Shown piece by piece: positions 1 through 9,260 of a stretch of DNA of 64,000 nt. Source of the DNA: an uncultured Fibrobacterota bacterium (lineage in GTDB: Bacteria > Fibrobacterota > Chitinivibrionia > Chitinivibrionales > FEN-1185); the NCBI GenBank assembly GCA_963753345.1, contig CAVWBU010000026.1:1-64000 (forward strand), given 5' to 3'. Position 1 is the first letter of the stretch. The number at the start of each line of letters is the position of its first letter. Below the pieces are notes generated by a model. That model worked only from the letters and a program-made list of their open reading frames with translations, was not told the origin of the DNA and did not search any database. The translations under genes were made by a program, and so were the position numbers.

Positions 1-68
1 CTACGGGGAATCGAACCCCGGTTTGATGGATGAGAACCACCTGTCCTGGGCCACTAGACGATAGCGCC
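1..68 (-). tRNA. tRNA-Glu (anticodon CTC), 3' end runs off the window edge
   Basis: Reverse complement GGCGCTATCGTCTAGTGGCCCAGGACAGGTGGTT-CTC-ATCCATCAAACCGGGGTTCGATTCCCCGTAG has D-arm, anticodon arm and T-loop GTTCGA. Confidence 0.93.
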
Positions 69-73
69 GGGTA

Positions 74-171
74 AATGTAGATTGTAGAATGACGAATGTA
101 GATTTAAATTATCAGAGAAAGCTCTGTTGTGTTTTCAATCAATCTACAATCTACATTCTAAAATCTACAAT
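74..171. repeat. Inverted array of degenerate heptamers (TGTAGAW / WTCTACA) in the tRNA spacer
   Basis: AATGTAGATTGTAGA (74-88) is a perfect inverted repeat of TCTACAATCTACATT (143-157), with extra units on both sides. Confidence 0.8.
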
Positions 172-176
172 GGAAT

Positions 177-250
177 TGGCTGGGGTGTAAGGATTCGAAC
201 CTCAATACCTGGAGCCAGAGTCCAGAGTCCTACCATTGGACGACACCCCA
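177..250 (-). tRNA. tRNA-Gln (anticodon CTG) with encoded CCA
   Basis: Reverse complement TGGGGTGTCGTCCAATGGTAGGACTCTGGACT-CTG-GCTCCAGGTATTGAGGTTCGAATCCTTACACCCCAGCCA. Confidence 0.95.
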
Positions 251-329
251 ATAAAGCGCCCACCAAAATATATCATTCCTCCACTTTAGACAAGCAGGCC
301 AGTCGCCTAACAATTATTTTTGAACGCCT

Positions 330-2123
330 ATGGACGCCATCGCGATTCTTGATTTCGGCGGACAGTACACGCACCTGATTGCAAACCGGATCAGGCGTCT
401 CGGCGTGTACTCGGAAATCGTGCAAAGCGATGTTCCCGCTTCGCAATTCAGTCGGTTCAAGGGCATCATCCTGTCCGGAGGGCCCCACAGCGTGCTCGAC
501 GCCGACCGGCCGGGATTCGACGCCGGCGTGCTTGGCCTTGGGATTCCGGTGCTCGGCCTGTGCTACGGCCACCAGCTCATGGCGCAATCGCTCGGCGGAA
601 AGGTGGTTGCCGGAAAGTACCGCGAATACGGTACGGCCCAGATAGACTTTGTCAAGCAAAGTCCGCTGCTTACCGGCCTTTCAAAACGCGAACAGATCTG
701 GATGAGCCACGGCGACGCGGTGGAAGCCCTTCCGCCGGGGTTCGAGGTGCTGGGTTCCACGTCCGGATGCACGGCGGCAGCCATGGGCAACGAGGCAACC
801 CGCATGTACGGCCTGCAGTTTCACCCCGAAGTCACCGACACCCCGCGCGGCATGACCATCCTTGGCAATTTTATTGCGCTGTGCAACTGCTCGCGCGACT
901 GGAACACGCAGACGTTCTTGCGCGAGACAGGCGACGAAATCAAGAAGAAATGCGGTGCAAAAAAAGTGTTTCTCCTCGTGTCCGGCGGCGTTGATTCGAC
1001 AGTGGCCTTCGCGCTCCTCAACAGTGTGCTTGGCGAGAAAAATGTCGTGGGCTTGCACATAGACAACGGCCTTATGCGGCACGGGGAGTCCGGCGCTATT
1101 CTCGATTACCTGAAGGCCGGCGGGTTTGCCAACCTGCACATCGTCGACGCGTCGGACACGTTCCTCGCCGCCCTCAAAAATGTTGCGGATCCCGAGGAAA
1201 AGCGGCGGATCATCGGCACCGTGTTCATCCGGGTGCAGGAGCAGGCGCTGCGGGATTTGGGCCTGAATCCCGCCGAATGGATTTTGGGTCAGGGCACCAT
1301 TTATCCCGACACCATCGAAAGCGCGGGCACCAAGCATGCGGAGCGCATCAAGACGCACCACAACCGCGTGGACGCGGTGATGGAGCTGCTTGAAAAAGGG
1401 GAAATCGTCGAGCCGCTGGCGTTGCTGTACAAAGATGAAGTCCGGGACCTCGGCAAGGCGCTCGGACTTCCCGACGCGCTCGTGTGGCGCCATCCCTTCC
1501 CCGGCCCGGGCCTGGGCGTTAGGCTGCTGTGCTCGGACGGCAAAGAATTCGCGGTTGACAATGCCGCGTCCTCGGCCGTTGCGGCAATTGCGAAGGAGGC
1601 CGGGTACGCGGCGCAGGTCCTGCCGCTGCGCAGCGTGGGCGTGCAGGGCGACTCGCGCACCTACGCGCACCCCGCGCTGGTGACCGGCCCCAAGGACTGG
1701 GACAGGCTCGAAGGCCTTTCAACCGCGATCACCAACAGGGTGCGCGGCGTCAACAGGGTGGTGTTCGGCCTGCGGATCGACAGCGGGCCCGAATACCGGC
1801 TTGTCAAGGCCTACGTCACCAGGGAGCGGCTCGACCTGCTCCGGGCCTTCGACAGAATCGTCACCGACGCGTTACACCAATTCGGCGAATACGGCATTGT
1901 GTGGCAGATGCCGGTCGTGCTTTTGCCTCTTGTCAACAAACAGGGTCGCCCGTGCGCGGTGCTGAGGCCCATTTTGTCTCAGGAAGCGATGACCGCGAGG
2001 TTCGCGCGATTGAAGGATGAGACCCTGGGGTATATTCTTGACGAATCGAAGAAGATTGACGGATTGGGAGATGTTTTCTATGATGTGACGCACAAGCCGC
2101 CGGCGACAATTGAGTGGGAATAA
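330..2123 (+). CDS. guaA: Glutamine-hydrolysing GMP synthase
   Basis: LDFGGQYT, GLCYGHQ (GATase Cys), QFHPEV, SGGVDS, GTIYPD, RHPFPGPGLG, C-terminal KPPATIEWE. Confidence 0.98.
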   Translation: MDAIAILDFGGQYTHLIANRIRRLGVYSEIVQSDVPASQFSRFKGIILSGGPHSVLDADRPGFDAGVLGLGIPVLGLCYGHQLMAQSLGGKVVAGKYREYGTAQIDFVKQSPLLTGLSKREQIWMSHGDAVEALPPGFEVLGSTSGCTAAAMGNEATRMYGLQFHPEVTDTPRGMTILGNFIALCNCSRDWNTQTFLRETGDEIKKKCGAKKVFLLVSGGVDSTVAFALLNSVLGEKNVVGLHIDNGLMRHGESGAILDYLKAGGFANLHIVDASDTFLAALKNVADPEEKRRIIGTVFIRVQEQALRDLGLNPAEWILGQGTIYPDTIESAGTKHAERIKTHHNRVDAVMELLEKGEIVEPLALLYKDEVRDLGKALGLPDALVWRHPFPGPGLGVRLLCSDGKEFAVDNAASSAVAAIAKEAGYAAQVLPLRSVGVQGDSRTYAHPALVTGPKDWDRLEGLSTAITNRVRGVNRVVFGLRIDSGPEYRLVKAYVTRERLDLLRAFDRIVTDALHQFGEYGIVWQMPVVLLPLVNKQGRPCAVLRPILSQEAMTARFARLKDETLGYILDESKKIDGLGDVFYDVTHKPPATIEWE

Positions 2124-2274
2124 TATTCTCCTTTGGAAATCCTTCCGCCTGATAAAAACACGCTTGAGACAATTCATTTTTCCCTATTCCTCCGCCCAAG
2201 AAAGGAATTGCCCAAATGACTTTGCACAGATATAATTTATCTGAAAGGAAAATGGAGGGCAGGATGGGTTTCAA

Positions 2275-2472
2275 ATGAAACTGCAAAGAATACTCTCGGT
2301 TGGTAAAATGAATGATGGCTTGAATGGGGCGCGTCTTACTGAACACATGACCGGAGACCAGCGGGTTTCTCTTTTAGAGTACATTCGCCGGGAAATGGCA
2401 AAGGTTCGGAACAATGAATATCCAAAAAGACTTCGAAGAGTTCTTGAAGTTACTCCACAAAAGAAGCGTTGA
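2275..2472 (+). CDS. Small hypothetical protein, putative partner/antitoxin of the downstream nucleotidyltransferase
   Basis: 65 aa; overlaps the next gene; same arrangement and similar C-terminus at 61928-62125. Confidence 0.6.
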   Translation: MKLQRILSVGKMNDGLNGARLTEHMTGDQRVSLLEYIRREMAKVRNNEYPKRLRRVLEVTPQKKR

Positions 2473-2866
2473 GTATGTCGTAGTCGGCGGATATGCCGTT
2501 GCCTTCCATGGCTATGTCCGGGCCACAAAAGACATTGATATTCTCTTCAATAATTCAAAGATAAACATTCAACGTCTTAAGGGTGTTCTCAATGAATTCG
2601 GTTTCCCTGCCGACAGTCTGACCGATGTTGCCTTTTCTGAACAGGGAAAGATTATTCGAATGGGTGTTGCTCCAGTCATGATTGAACTTATCAATGCGAT
2701 AAGTGGAGTTTCGTTTAAAACGGCTTGGAAAAATCGAATCACCGGAAGGTACGGGGGAACCGATATTTACTATTTGTCGAGGTCTGATTTGCTTAAGAAT
2801 AAAAAAGCTTCAGGCAGGCCCCGTGACATACTTGATATTGATGAGCTAAAAAGGGTTAAGAAATAG
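2414..2866 (+). CDS. Small nucleotidyltransferase-fold protein (DUF6036/AbiEii-like)
   Basis: VVGGYAVAFHG..RATKDID (GG + DxD), C-terminal NKKASGRPRDILD; paralog at 62064. Confidence 0.85.
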   Translation: MNIQKDFEEFLKLLHKRSVEYVVVGGYAVAFHGYVRATKDIDILFNNSKINIQRLKGVLNEFGFPADSLTDVAFSEQGKIIRMGVAPVMIELINAISGVSFKTAWKNRITGRYGGTDIYYLSRSDLLKNKKASGRPRDILDIDELKRVKK

Positions 2867-3259
2867 AACCGGTTATTTTCTGATAACCTGCCTACAAACA
2901 CACTTTTTGTTACCCCATTGTTACTCACTCAAAACCTTCACCCTGTAAATCAAGTGCTTAAGGTATCTTTGAACAATTGAGTGGGAATAATATTCTCCTT
3001 TGGAAATCCTTCCGCCTGATAAAAATACCCGCGAGACAATTCCTTTTTATTGTATTTGGTTTTCCCAACGGCGCGCTTTACTTTGGGTGCCGCCAATGTT
3101 ATAATTTGACTTATGAGAGCTGCGATGAGAGCCAAATGAATGATTCGCTCTTTAGCCCCATTGCGCTTGAAAGAGGGACCTCTGAATTTTCCCGTGAAGA
3201 TTTTTAAAAATGGGCATTTTACTTGTTTACTCCCACCGGCGCGGCTTAGATTCTAAAGT

Positions 3260-3994
3260 ATGCTTAGGGGCGTTATGACTGGCTTTAAAACCGCAATTGC
3301 TGTTCTCTTGCTGCTGGCAATAAATATTGGTTGCGCCCGACAACATCATGTTGACATACTAAAATCCGGAGTGGAACAATGGAATAAATGGAGAGAGGAA
3401 AACCCAAGTGTTACGCCCGACCTTGCGAAAGCCAACCTTGGGGAGGTCTACCTTGCCGGAGCCAACCTTGCGAAAGTCAACCTTGCGAAAGCCAACCTTG
3501 CGGGAGCCGCCCTTATGGGAGCTAACCTTAAGGTAGCCAACCTTGCGAAAGTCAACCTTGCGAAAGCCAACCTTGCGGGAGCCAACCTTGCGGGAGCCGA
3601 CCTTCGGGAAGCCAACCTCAATGGCGCCATCTTTGAGGGAGCCGACCTTCAGGGAGTCAACCTTCAGAAAACCAGGCTTTACGGCGCCATCTTTGAAGGA
3701 ACCGACCTTCGCAAAGCTAACCTTGCGGGAGCCGACCTTTTTGGCGTTATCCTTGTGAAAGCCGACCTTAGGGGAGCCAACCTTGAGGGAACCGATCCCG
3801 GCAAAGCTCAATCATTTTGCAGGACAAAACTTGATTCAGAAATTCTGCACCAGATAAGGGAGAATAGGCCTGAATTACTTGCAACTGTCTGGGATGACGA
3901 AAAAAGAGATTGGGTTATTGATTATTCTCTGCTTGACCAGATCAAGAAACCGGACTGGCATGGGTGGTCGGAGGAAAAACGTCAAGGGAAATAG
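3260..3994 (+). CDS. Pentapeptide-repeat protein, probable lipoprotein
   Basis: Tandem A(N/D)Lxx units; hydrophobic N-terminus ending NIGC; start may be ATG 3275. Confidence 0.9.
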   Translation: MLRGVMTGFKTAIAVLLLLAINIGCARQHHVDILKSGVEQWNKWREENPSVTPDLAKANLGEVYLAGANLAKVNLAKANLAGAALMGANLKVANLAKVNLAKANLAGANLAGADLREANLNGAIFEGADLQGVNLQKTRLYGAIFEGTDLRKANLAGADLFGVILVKADLRGANLEGTDPGKAQSFCRTKLDSEILHQIRENRPELLATVWDDEKRDWVIDYSLLDQIKKPDWHGWSEEKRQGK

Positions 3995-4079
3995 CCTCTA
4001 TGGCCATACGCCTAACATTTTTTCATGAAGAATTTTGAGCGTCTTCAGAAATAAATTCACTCAAGAGCAAGGGCGAACT

Positions 4080-5216
4080 ATGACGAGAATCCTGGCAACG
4101 GTCTTTCTTTCTATGCTCCTTGCGGGTTGCTCCACGAGGGAAACACGGGAAACCAAATATGACGGCGGTCAACTGAAAGAAAAGTATTGTGTAAAATTGG
4201 ATGCTCAAAAAAACCAAGTAAAAGACGGCCCCTTTACGGCTTTATATAAAAATGGGCAGAAGGAATTGGAATGCACCTATAAGAATGGGAAGTTAGACGG
4301 AAGATATAACAGTTGGTATGAGTATGAGAACGGGCAGAAGGAAAAGGAATGCACCTACAAAGACGGGAAGCTGGATGGAAAATATACCCAATGGTATGAG
4401 AGCGGATTGAAGGAAGAGGAATGCGCCTACAAAGACGGGAGAAAAGACGGGGTCAATACCAGTTGGTATATGAACGGACGGAAGGAAGAGGAACGTACCT
4501 ACAAGGACGGGAAAGAAGACGGGCTAAGTTCACAATGGTATGAGAACGGACAGAAGGAAACGGAAAGCACCTACAAGGACGGGAAAGAAGACGGGTCATA
4601 TACCCGGTGGCACGAGAACGGGCAGAAGGAGGAGGGTTACCTCTACAGGGACGGGAAGATAGCGGACGGAAAATATGCAAGTTGGCATGAGAACGGCCAG
4701 AAGGAAAAAGAATGCATTTTCAAGGACGGGAAAGAAAACGGGCTAAGCACCAGGTGGTATGAGAACGGATTGAAGGAAGAGGAATGCACCTACAGGAGCG
4801 GGGAGCTGGACGGAAAATATGCCAGCTGGCATAAGAACGGGCGGAAGGAAACGAAATGTACCTACAAGGATGGGATGTTAGAGGGAAAATATTCCAGTTG
4901 GCATGATAACGGCCAGAAGGAAATGGGATGCACCTACAAGGACGGCAAGCTGGTCGACGGACCATATATCAAATGGTTTGAGAATGGTCGCAAAGAAGAG
5001 GAATGCTCCTACAAGGACGGGAAGCTGGAGGGAAACTATAAGAGCTGGTGGAAGACCGGGCAAAAGTATGCAAGCAGCACCTACAAGGACGGGAAAGAAG
5101 ACGGACTAAGCACCAATTGGTACGAGAACGGGCAAAAGGAAACGGAAGGCATTTACAGGAACGGTGAAATGGTCAGTGGCACTAAATGGGATGCGAAGGG
5201 GAATGTAATCAAATAG
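4080..5216 (+). CDS. MORN-variant (YwqK-like) repeat lipoprotein
   Basis: Many ~24-aa WYENGQKExECTYKDGKxDG repeats; lipobox LLAGC. Confidence 0.9.
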   Translation: MTRILATVFLSMLLAGCSTRETRETKYDGGQLKEKYCVKLDAQKNQVKDGPFTALYKNGQKELECTYKNGKLDGRYNSWYEYENGQKEKECTYKDGKLDGKYTQWYESGLKEEECAYKDGRKDGVNTSWYMNGRKEEERTYKDGKEDGLSSQWYENGQKETESTYKDGKEDGSYTRWHENGQKEEGYLYRDGKIADGKYASWHENGQKEKECIFKDGKENGLSTRWYENGLKEEECTYRSGELDGKYASWHKNGRKETKCTYKDGMLEGKYSSWHDNGQKEMGCTYKDGKLVDGPYIKWFENGRKEEECSYKDGKLEGNYKSWWKTGQKYASSTYKDGKEDGLSTNWYENGQKETEGIYRNGEMVSGTKWDAKGNVIK

Positions 5217-5264
5217 CTTCCGCACCGGCGCGCGTTGGGTTCCGAAGTTTGCACAGGGGACATT

Positions 5265-6218
5265 ATGATTTGCTTCAAAAGCGCATGTGCTGCTCTCCTG
5301 TTGCTTGTGACAAATGCGGCCTCGCAGAATCAGATTGACATACTAAAATCCGGCGTGGAAAACTGGAACAATTGGAGGGAAAGAAACAGAGACGTTGTAC
5401 CTCACTTTGAGGGGGCCGATCTCCGGCTGGCCAACCTTGACAAAGCCAACCTTGAGAAAGCCGATTTTCAGGGAGCCAGGCTTCAGGGCGCCAAGCTTGC
5501 GGGAGCGTACCTTGCGGGAGCGAACCTTCAAGGGGCCAATCTCGGGGGAGCCAACCTTCGCGGGGCCAACCTTTGGGGAGTCGACCTTGGCGGAGCCAAG
5601 CTTCATAGGGCCGATCTGTGGGCAGCTTACTTCCAGGGGGCCGACCTTCAGGGATCTGACTTTCAGGAGGCCAATCTTGAAAAAGCCAAGCTTCATGGAG
5701 TCAACCTTTCGAACGCGAACCTTCAGGGCGCCAATCTTCATGGAGCCTACCTTTGGGGAGCCAAGTTTACCGGAGCCGACCTTCAACGGACTAACCTTCG
5801 GGGAACCAACCTTCAATCTGCCTACCTTGTAGGAGCCAACCTTGGGGAAGCCTGTCTTCAGGGAGCGAACCTTAAGGAAGCCGACCTTTTGAAAGCCAAC
5901 CTCAAGAACGCCAACCTTTCCGGGGCCAACCTTGAGGGAGCCGATCTCCAGCAATCCGACCTGGAGGATGCAGACCTTTCCGGGACCGACCTTCGGGAAA
6001 CCGACCTTCAGGGAACCACACTTAACAATGCGAAATCATTGTACAAGGCGAAATTTGACCCGGAAGTTTTATCAAAAATAAAAACCAATTGGCCTGAAAA
6101 ACTTGCAACTATCTGGGATGATACGAAGAAAGATTGGGTTATGGATAATGCTCTGCTCGCACAAATCAAGAGACCAAATTGGCAAGGGTGGCCGGAGGAA
6201 AAAGAGCACGGGAAATAG
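5265..6218 (+). CDS. Exported pentapeptide-repeat protein
   Basis: Signal-peptide-like N-terminus, A(N/D)LxG repeats, N- and C-caps shared with the 3260 paralog. Confidence 0.9.
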   Translation: MICFKSACAALLLLVTNAASQNQIDILKSGVENWNNWRERNRDVVPHFEGADLRLANLDKANLEKADFQGARLQGAKLAGAYLAGANLQGANLGGANLRGANLWGVDLGGAKLHRADLWAAYFQGADLQGSDFQEANLEKAKLHGVNLSNANLQGANLHGAYLWGAKFTGADLQRTNLRGTNLQSAYLVGANLGEACLQGANLKEADLLKANLKNANLSGANLEGADLQQSDLEDADLSGTDLRETDLQGTTLNNAKSLYKAKFDPEVLSKIKTNWPEKLATIWDDTKKDWVMDNALLAQIKRPNWQGWPEEKEHGK

Positions 6219-6414
6219 CCCCTAAGGCCGTAAACGCTCCATTATTCCCACCGAAGAATTAAAAGATATTTTCCAATCCCCTGCAATGCATAATGGCCTT
6301 GAAAGGTGAAAGAGAACCCTCTGCCAAGGAATTCATCTTGCACGCGCAACAAGGCAATTCATATATTACGTTTCAAGCCGCCCTCATAACCCACACGTTC
6401 ACGGAGATGGAATT

Positions 6415-7308
6415 ATGATGAGCTTCAAGAGCGTTTTTGCCGTACTGCTATTGCTCGCGATGAAAGCGGCGTCGCAAGATCAAAACCAAATTGACATACT
6501 GAAATCAGGTGGCGGACAATGGAACACCTGGCGACAAGAAAACCCCGACGTTGCACCCGACCTTCGGGGAGCCGATTTTCGGGGAGCCGACCTCCGGCTT
6601 GTCAACCTTAAGAATGCCAACCTTGACAAAGCCAATTTTCAGGGAGCCAAGCTTCAAGGAGCCAACCTTCTGGGCGCCTACTTTGGGGAAGCCAACTTTG
6701 GTGGAGCCCGCCTCGGCGGAGCTAACCTTCATTTTGCCGACCTTGGGGGAGCCAATTTTAGGGGAGCCCACTTTCAAGGATCCAGACTTCAGGGAGTCTT
6801 CTTTCAGGGAGCCAACCTTCAGGGAGCCGACTTTCAGCGGGCCCAACTTGAGAAAGCCAAATTTCATGGGGTCAAGTGTTCGGGAGCCAACTTTCAGGGG
6901 GCCAACCTTCAGGGAGCCTACCTTGAGTATGCCAACTTTTTGGGAGCTAACTTTGTGGGAGCCGACCTCCGGGGGACCAACCTTCAGGAAGCCTACCTTG
7001 TGCAAGCAAATCTTGTTGGAGCCAACCTTACGGGCGCCAACCTTACGGGCGCCAACCTTGCGGACGCCGACCTTACGAAAGCCGACATTTCGGGCGCCAA
7101 CCTTGCGGACGCCGACCTTCAGGAAGCCGACATTTCGGGAGCCAACCTTCGAGGAGCTAACCTTCGGGAAGCCGACCTTACGGGAGCCAACCTCAGCAAA
7201 GTCAAAACATTTTTCAAGTCAATACTTGATCCGGAAATTTTGACCAAAATAAAGGCTCAGTGGCCTGAGAAACTTGCAGCTGCATGGGATGAAATGGAAA
7301 AGAAGTGA
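6415..7308 (+). CDS. Exported pentapeptide-repeat protein (shorter C-cap)
   Basis: Same IDILKSG..WN.WR N-cap and WPEKLA C-cap as neighbours. Confidence 0.9.
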   Translation: MMSFKSVFAVLLLLAMKAASQDQNQIDILKSGGGQWNTWRQENPDVAPDLRGADFRGADLRLVNLKNANLDKANFQGAKLQGANLLGAYFGEANFGGARLGGANLHFADLGGANFRGAHFQGSRLQGVFFQGANLQGADFQRAQLEKAKFHGVKCSGANFQGANLQGAYLEYANFLGANFVGADLRGTNLQEAYLVQANLVGANLTGANLTGANLADADLTKADISGANLADADLQEADISGANLRGANLREADLTGANLSKVKTFFKSILDPEILTKIKAQWPEKLAAAWDEMEKK

Positions 7309-7407
7309 ATGCCACCGCGAGCGCGTTGTCATTTCATTCCCCAAGGTAGGGAAATAGCATTTCGTGTTGAAGACTGACCGCGAACACCGGCAGACATTCT
7401 TTTAATA

Positions 7408-7436
7408 TTGACAAACCCGCAGAATCTCCTTATATT
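7408..7436 (+). promoter_or_regulatory. Sigma70-type promoter
   Basis: TTGACA-17 nt-TATATT about 50 nt upstream of ATG 7489. Confidence 0.7.
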
Positions 7437-7488
7437 CATAGCTTGCCACTGCCTTTAAAACAATACTATTGATTATTGGGGAGGGTGC

Positions 7489-9198
7489 ATGAAAATCAAG
7501 GGGATTTCAACGGGCCTTCATTTAAGCGATTACGTGCGTATCAGTTGTGTGTGTGCGCTTGCAGCTTGCTTGCCTGTTTTTTCCGCCGTCACGATGATTG
7601 ATTCGACCACGACGTGGCACACCAACACCTATGCTGTAAACGCCGATTACGGGTTGGCATCGGTCCAGGGAAACACAAGGATGGCAAAAACGTTCAACTG
7701 CAAGGTGATTGACAATGAATACTTGAAAATCATTGTTATACCCGAGTTCGGCGGCAGAATTGTTTCCATGGTGTACAAGCCGACAAACCATGAAGAGTTG
7801 TATACCACACCCTGCGGCGTACCGTACGGAATAAATGCCGGCAATTTTTACTACAACTGGCTCATGGTTTATGCCGGAATAATGCCCACGTTTTCCGAGC
7901 CCGAGCACGGAAAGTTCTGGCTGAGGCCGTGGCTGTTCCAGGTTGTCAAGCAGACCGCGGATACGGTCACCATTTCGATGAGCCAGAAGGACACGGTGAA
8001 TTTCGCCGGTCATCCGGGCAAGTTCGGGTATGGCGCCACGGGCATCGAATGCACCGTCACCATTTCAATAGTGTCCGGAAAGAATTATATCGACTTCGGC
8101 GTGGTGCTGAACAACCCGGCGGCACAGTCAAAGAATTTCGAATACTGGACCTGCTGCACGCTGGCGCCCGGTTCGTCGAAAACCGATCCGAGGTGCACGG
8201 CGGGTGCGGAAATAGTCTCCCCTGTCAAGAACGTCGACATCCCGGGAGGCTATGGCGCGTGCCGGGGCCAGGAACAGAATGTCGGCGGCGATGTCTTTGT
8301 TTTCAACAAACTCAGATGGTTTAAGAACTGGCCGGACATGGGCATTTTGTATGCTTGGCCCGACGCGACAACGCCGCTCAACACGTTCTGGGGCGTTATC
8401 AATCACGACAACCGCGAAGGAATCATCCGCGTTTCAAATAACGACCAGACCATCGGCAACAAGATGTGGACATGGGGCTATCCGCAGAGCCTCAACACCG
8501 ACAACAGCAGCAACACCAATACTACGCTTCCTTACATCGAGCTCTGGGCTGGCATTTCGAAAATGTTCTTTACCTCCGCCAGCCTTGGCGCGGGCCAGCA
8601 GAAGACCTGGAAAGAGTACTTTGTTCCCACCGTTAAAATCGACAGTGTTACCAATGCCACCCAGGATGTGGTGTGCAATTTCAAGACCGACAAGGCGAGC
8701 TACAACGCAACCACCGACGCGGGCGTGACGATCACCGCGGAGCTGTTCTTCACCGCGCCCAATCAGCAGGACAACGTGTCGCTTTCGTTCGGCGGATCGC
8801 AGACCGTGGTCGTGCTCGATTCCAACCTTACTGCGGACCCGCTGGGCAACGTCATCACAAAGACAATCCCGTTTTCGAGCCTGTGCAGCGGCTTGAACAA
8901 AGTCACCCTGAAGGCGACGTCGGCACAGGGCGGGCAGTTGATAAGCGCGGACATTCCGGTGACGATCGCCAACGCGCAGTCCTGCACCCAGCTTTCGGTG
9001 AACAACCCGTTCAGGTCTTCGGCGGCGTCGGTGACGGAAAGGTTGGCATCCGGAAAGATCTACTCGATCAACGGCAGGTGTCTTGGCGAGATTTCTTCGA
9101 CGGCCGACCTCAGCAGCATGGCTCTGCCGCGAGGCGTTTACATTGTGTACCGCGGGTCTTCGATGCCCAAGAAGGTTATGGTGGAGAATCTGCGATAA
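7489..9198 (+). CDS. Secreted DUF5107/galactose-mutarotase-like protein with T9SS-like C-terminal sorting tail
   Basis: Signal peptide; IDNEYLKIIVIPEFGGRI, YIELWAG; tail KIYSINGR...LPRGVYIV...KKVMV. Confidence 0.7.
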   Translation: MKIKGISTGLHLSDYVRISCVCALAACLPVFSAVTMIDSTTTWHTNTYAVNADYGLASVQGNTRMAKTFNCKVIDNEYLKIIVIPEFGGRIVSMVYKPTNHEELYTTPCGVPYGINAGNFYYNWLMVYAGIMPTFSEPEHGKFWLRPWLFQVVKQTADTVTISMSQKDTVNFAGHPGKFGYGATGIECTVTISIVSGKNYIDFGVVLNNPAAQSKNFEYWTCCTLAPGSSKTDPRCTAGAEIVSPVKNVDIPGGYGACRGQEQNVGGDVFVFNKLRWFKNWPDMGILYAWPDATTPLNTFWGVINHDNREGIIRVSNNDQTIGNKMWTWGYPQSLNTDNSSNTNTTLPYIELWAGISKMFFTSASLGAGQQKTWKEYFVPTVKIDSVTNATQDVVCNFKTDKASYNATTDAGVTITAELFFTAPNQQDNVSLSFGGSQTVVVLDSNLTADPLGNVITKTIPFSSLCSGLNKVTLKATSAQGGQLISADIPVTIANAQSCTQLSVNNPFRSSAASVTERLASGKIYSINGRCLGEISSTADLSSMALPRGVYIVYRGSSMPKKVMVENLR

Positions 9199-9233
9199 AA
9201 CGGCTGATGATGTAAAGAGGGTTGCATTGTCTG

Positions 9234-9260
9234 AAAAGGGCGGCCGCCCCGCCCTTTTTT
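9234..9260 (+). terminator. Rho-independent (possibly bidirectional) terminator
   Basis: AAAAGGGCGG-CCGC-CCGCCCTTTTTT. Confidence 0.8.

Larger units (their letters stand above)
2106..3025. mobile_element. Integrase-less mini-island at the guaA 3' end, bounded by 53-bp direct repeats (2106-2158 and 2973-3025)
   Basis: ACAATTGAGTGGGAATAATATTCTCCTTTGGAAATCCTTCCGCCTGATAAAAA occurs twice and includes the last guaA codons and stop; interior is AT-richer than guaA. Confidence 0.85.

Noticed and set aside
127-378. 83-aa ORF upstream of guaA
   Set aside because: Lies antisense to tRNA-Gln; no protein features
3400-7200. 15-bp and ~72-bp periodic DNA that could be mistaken for CRISPR
   Set aside because: Repeats are in-frame protein repeats without unique spacers; no cas genes in the window
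3359-7243. Antisense and alternate-frame repetitive ORFs (KVGS.., EPTF..) in the pentapeptide genes
   Set aside because: Shadows of the 15-nt coding periodicity, which lacks stops in other frames
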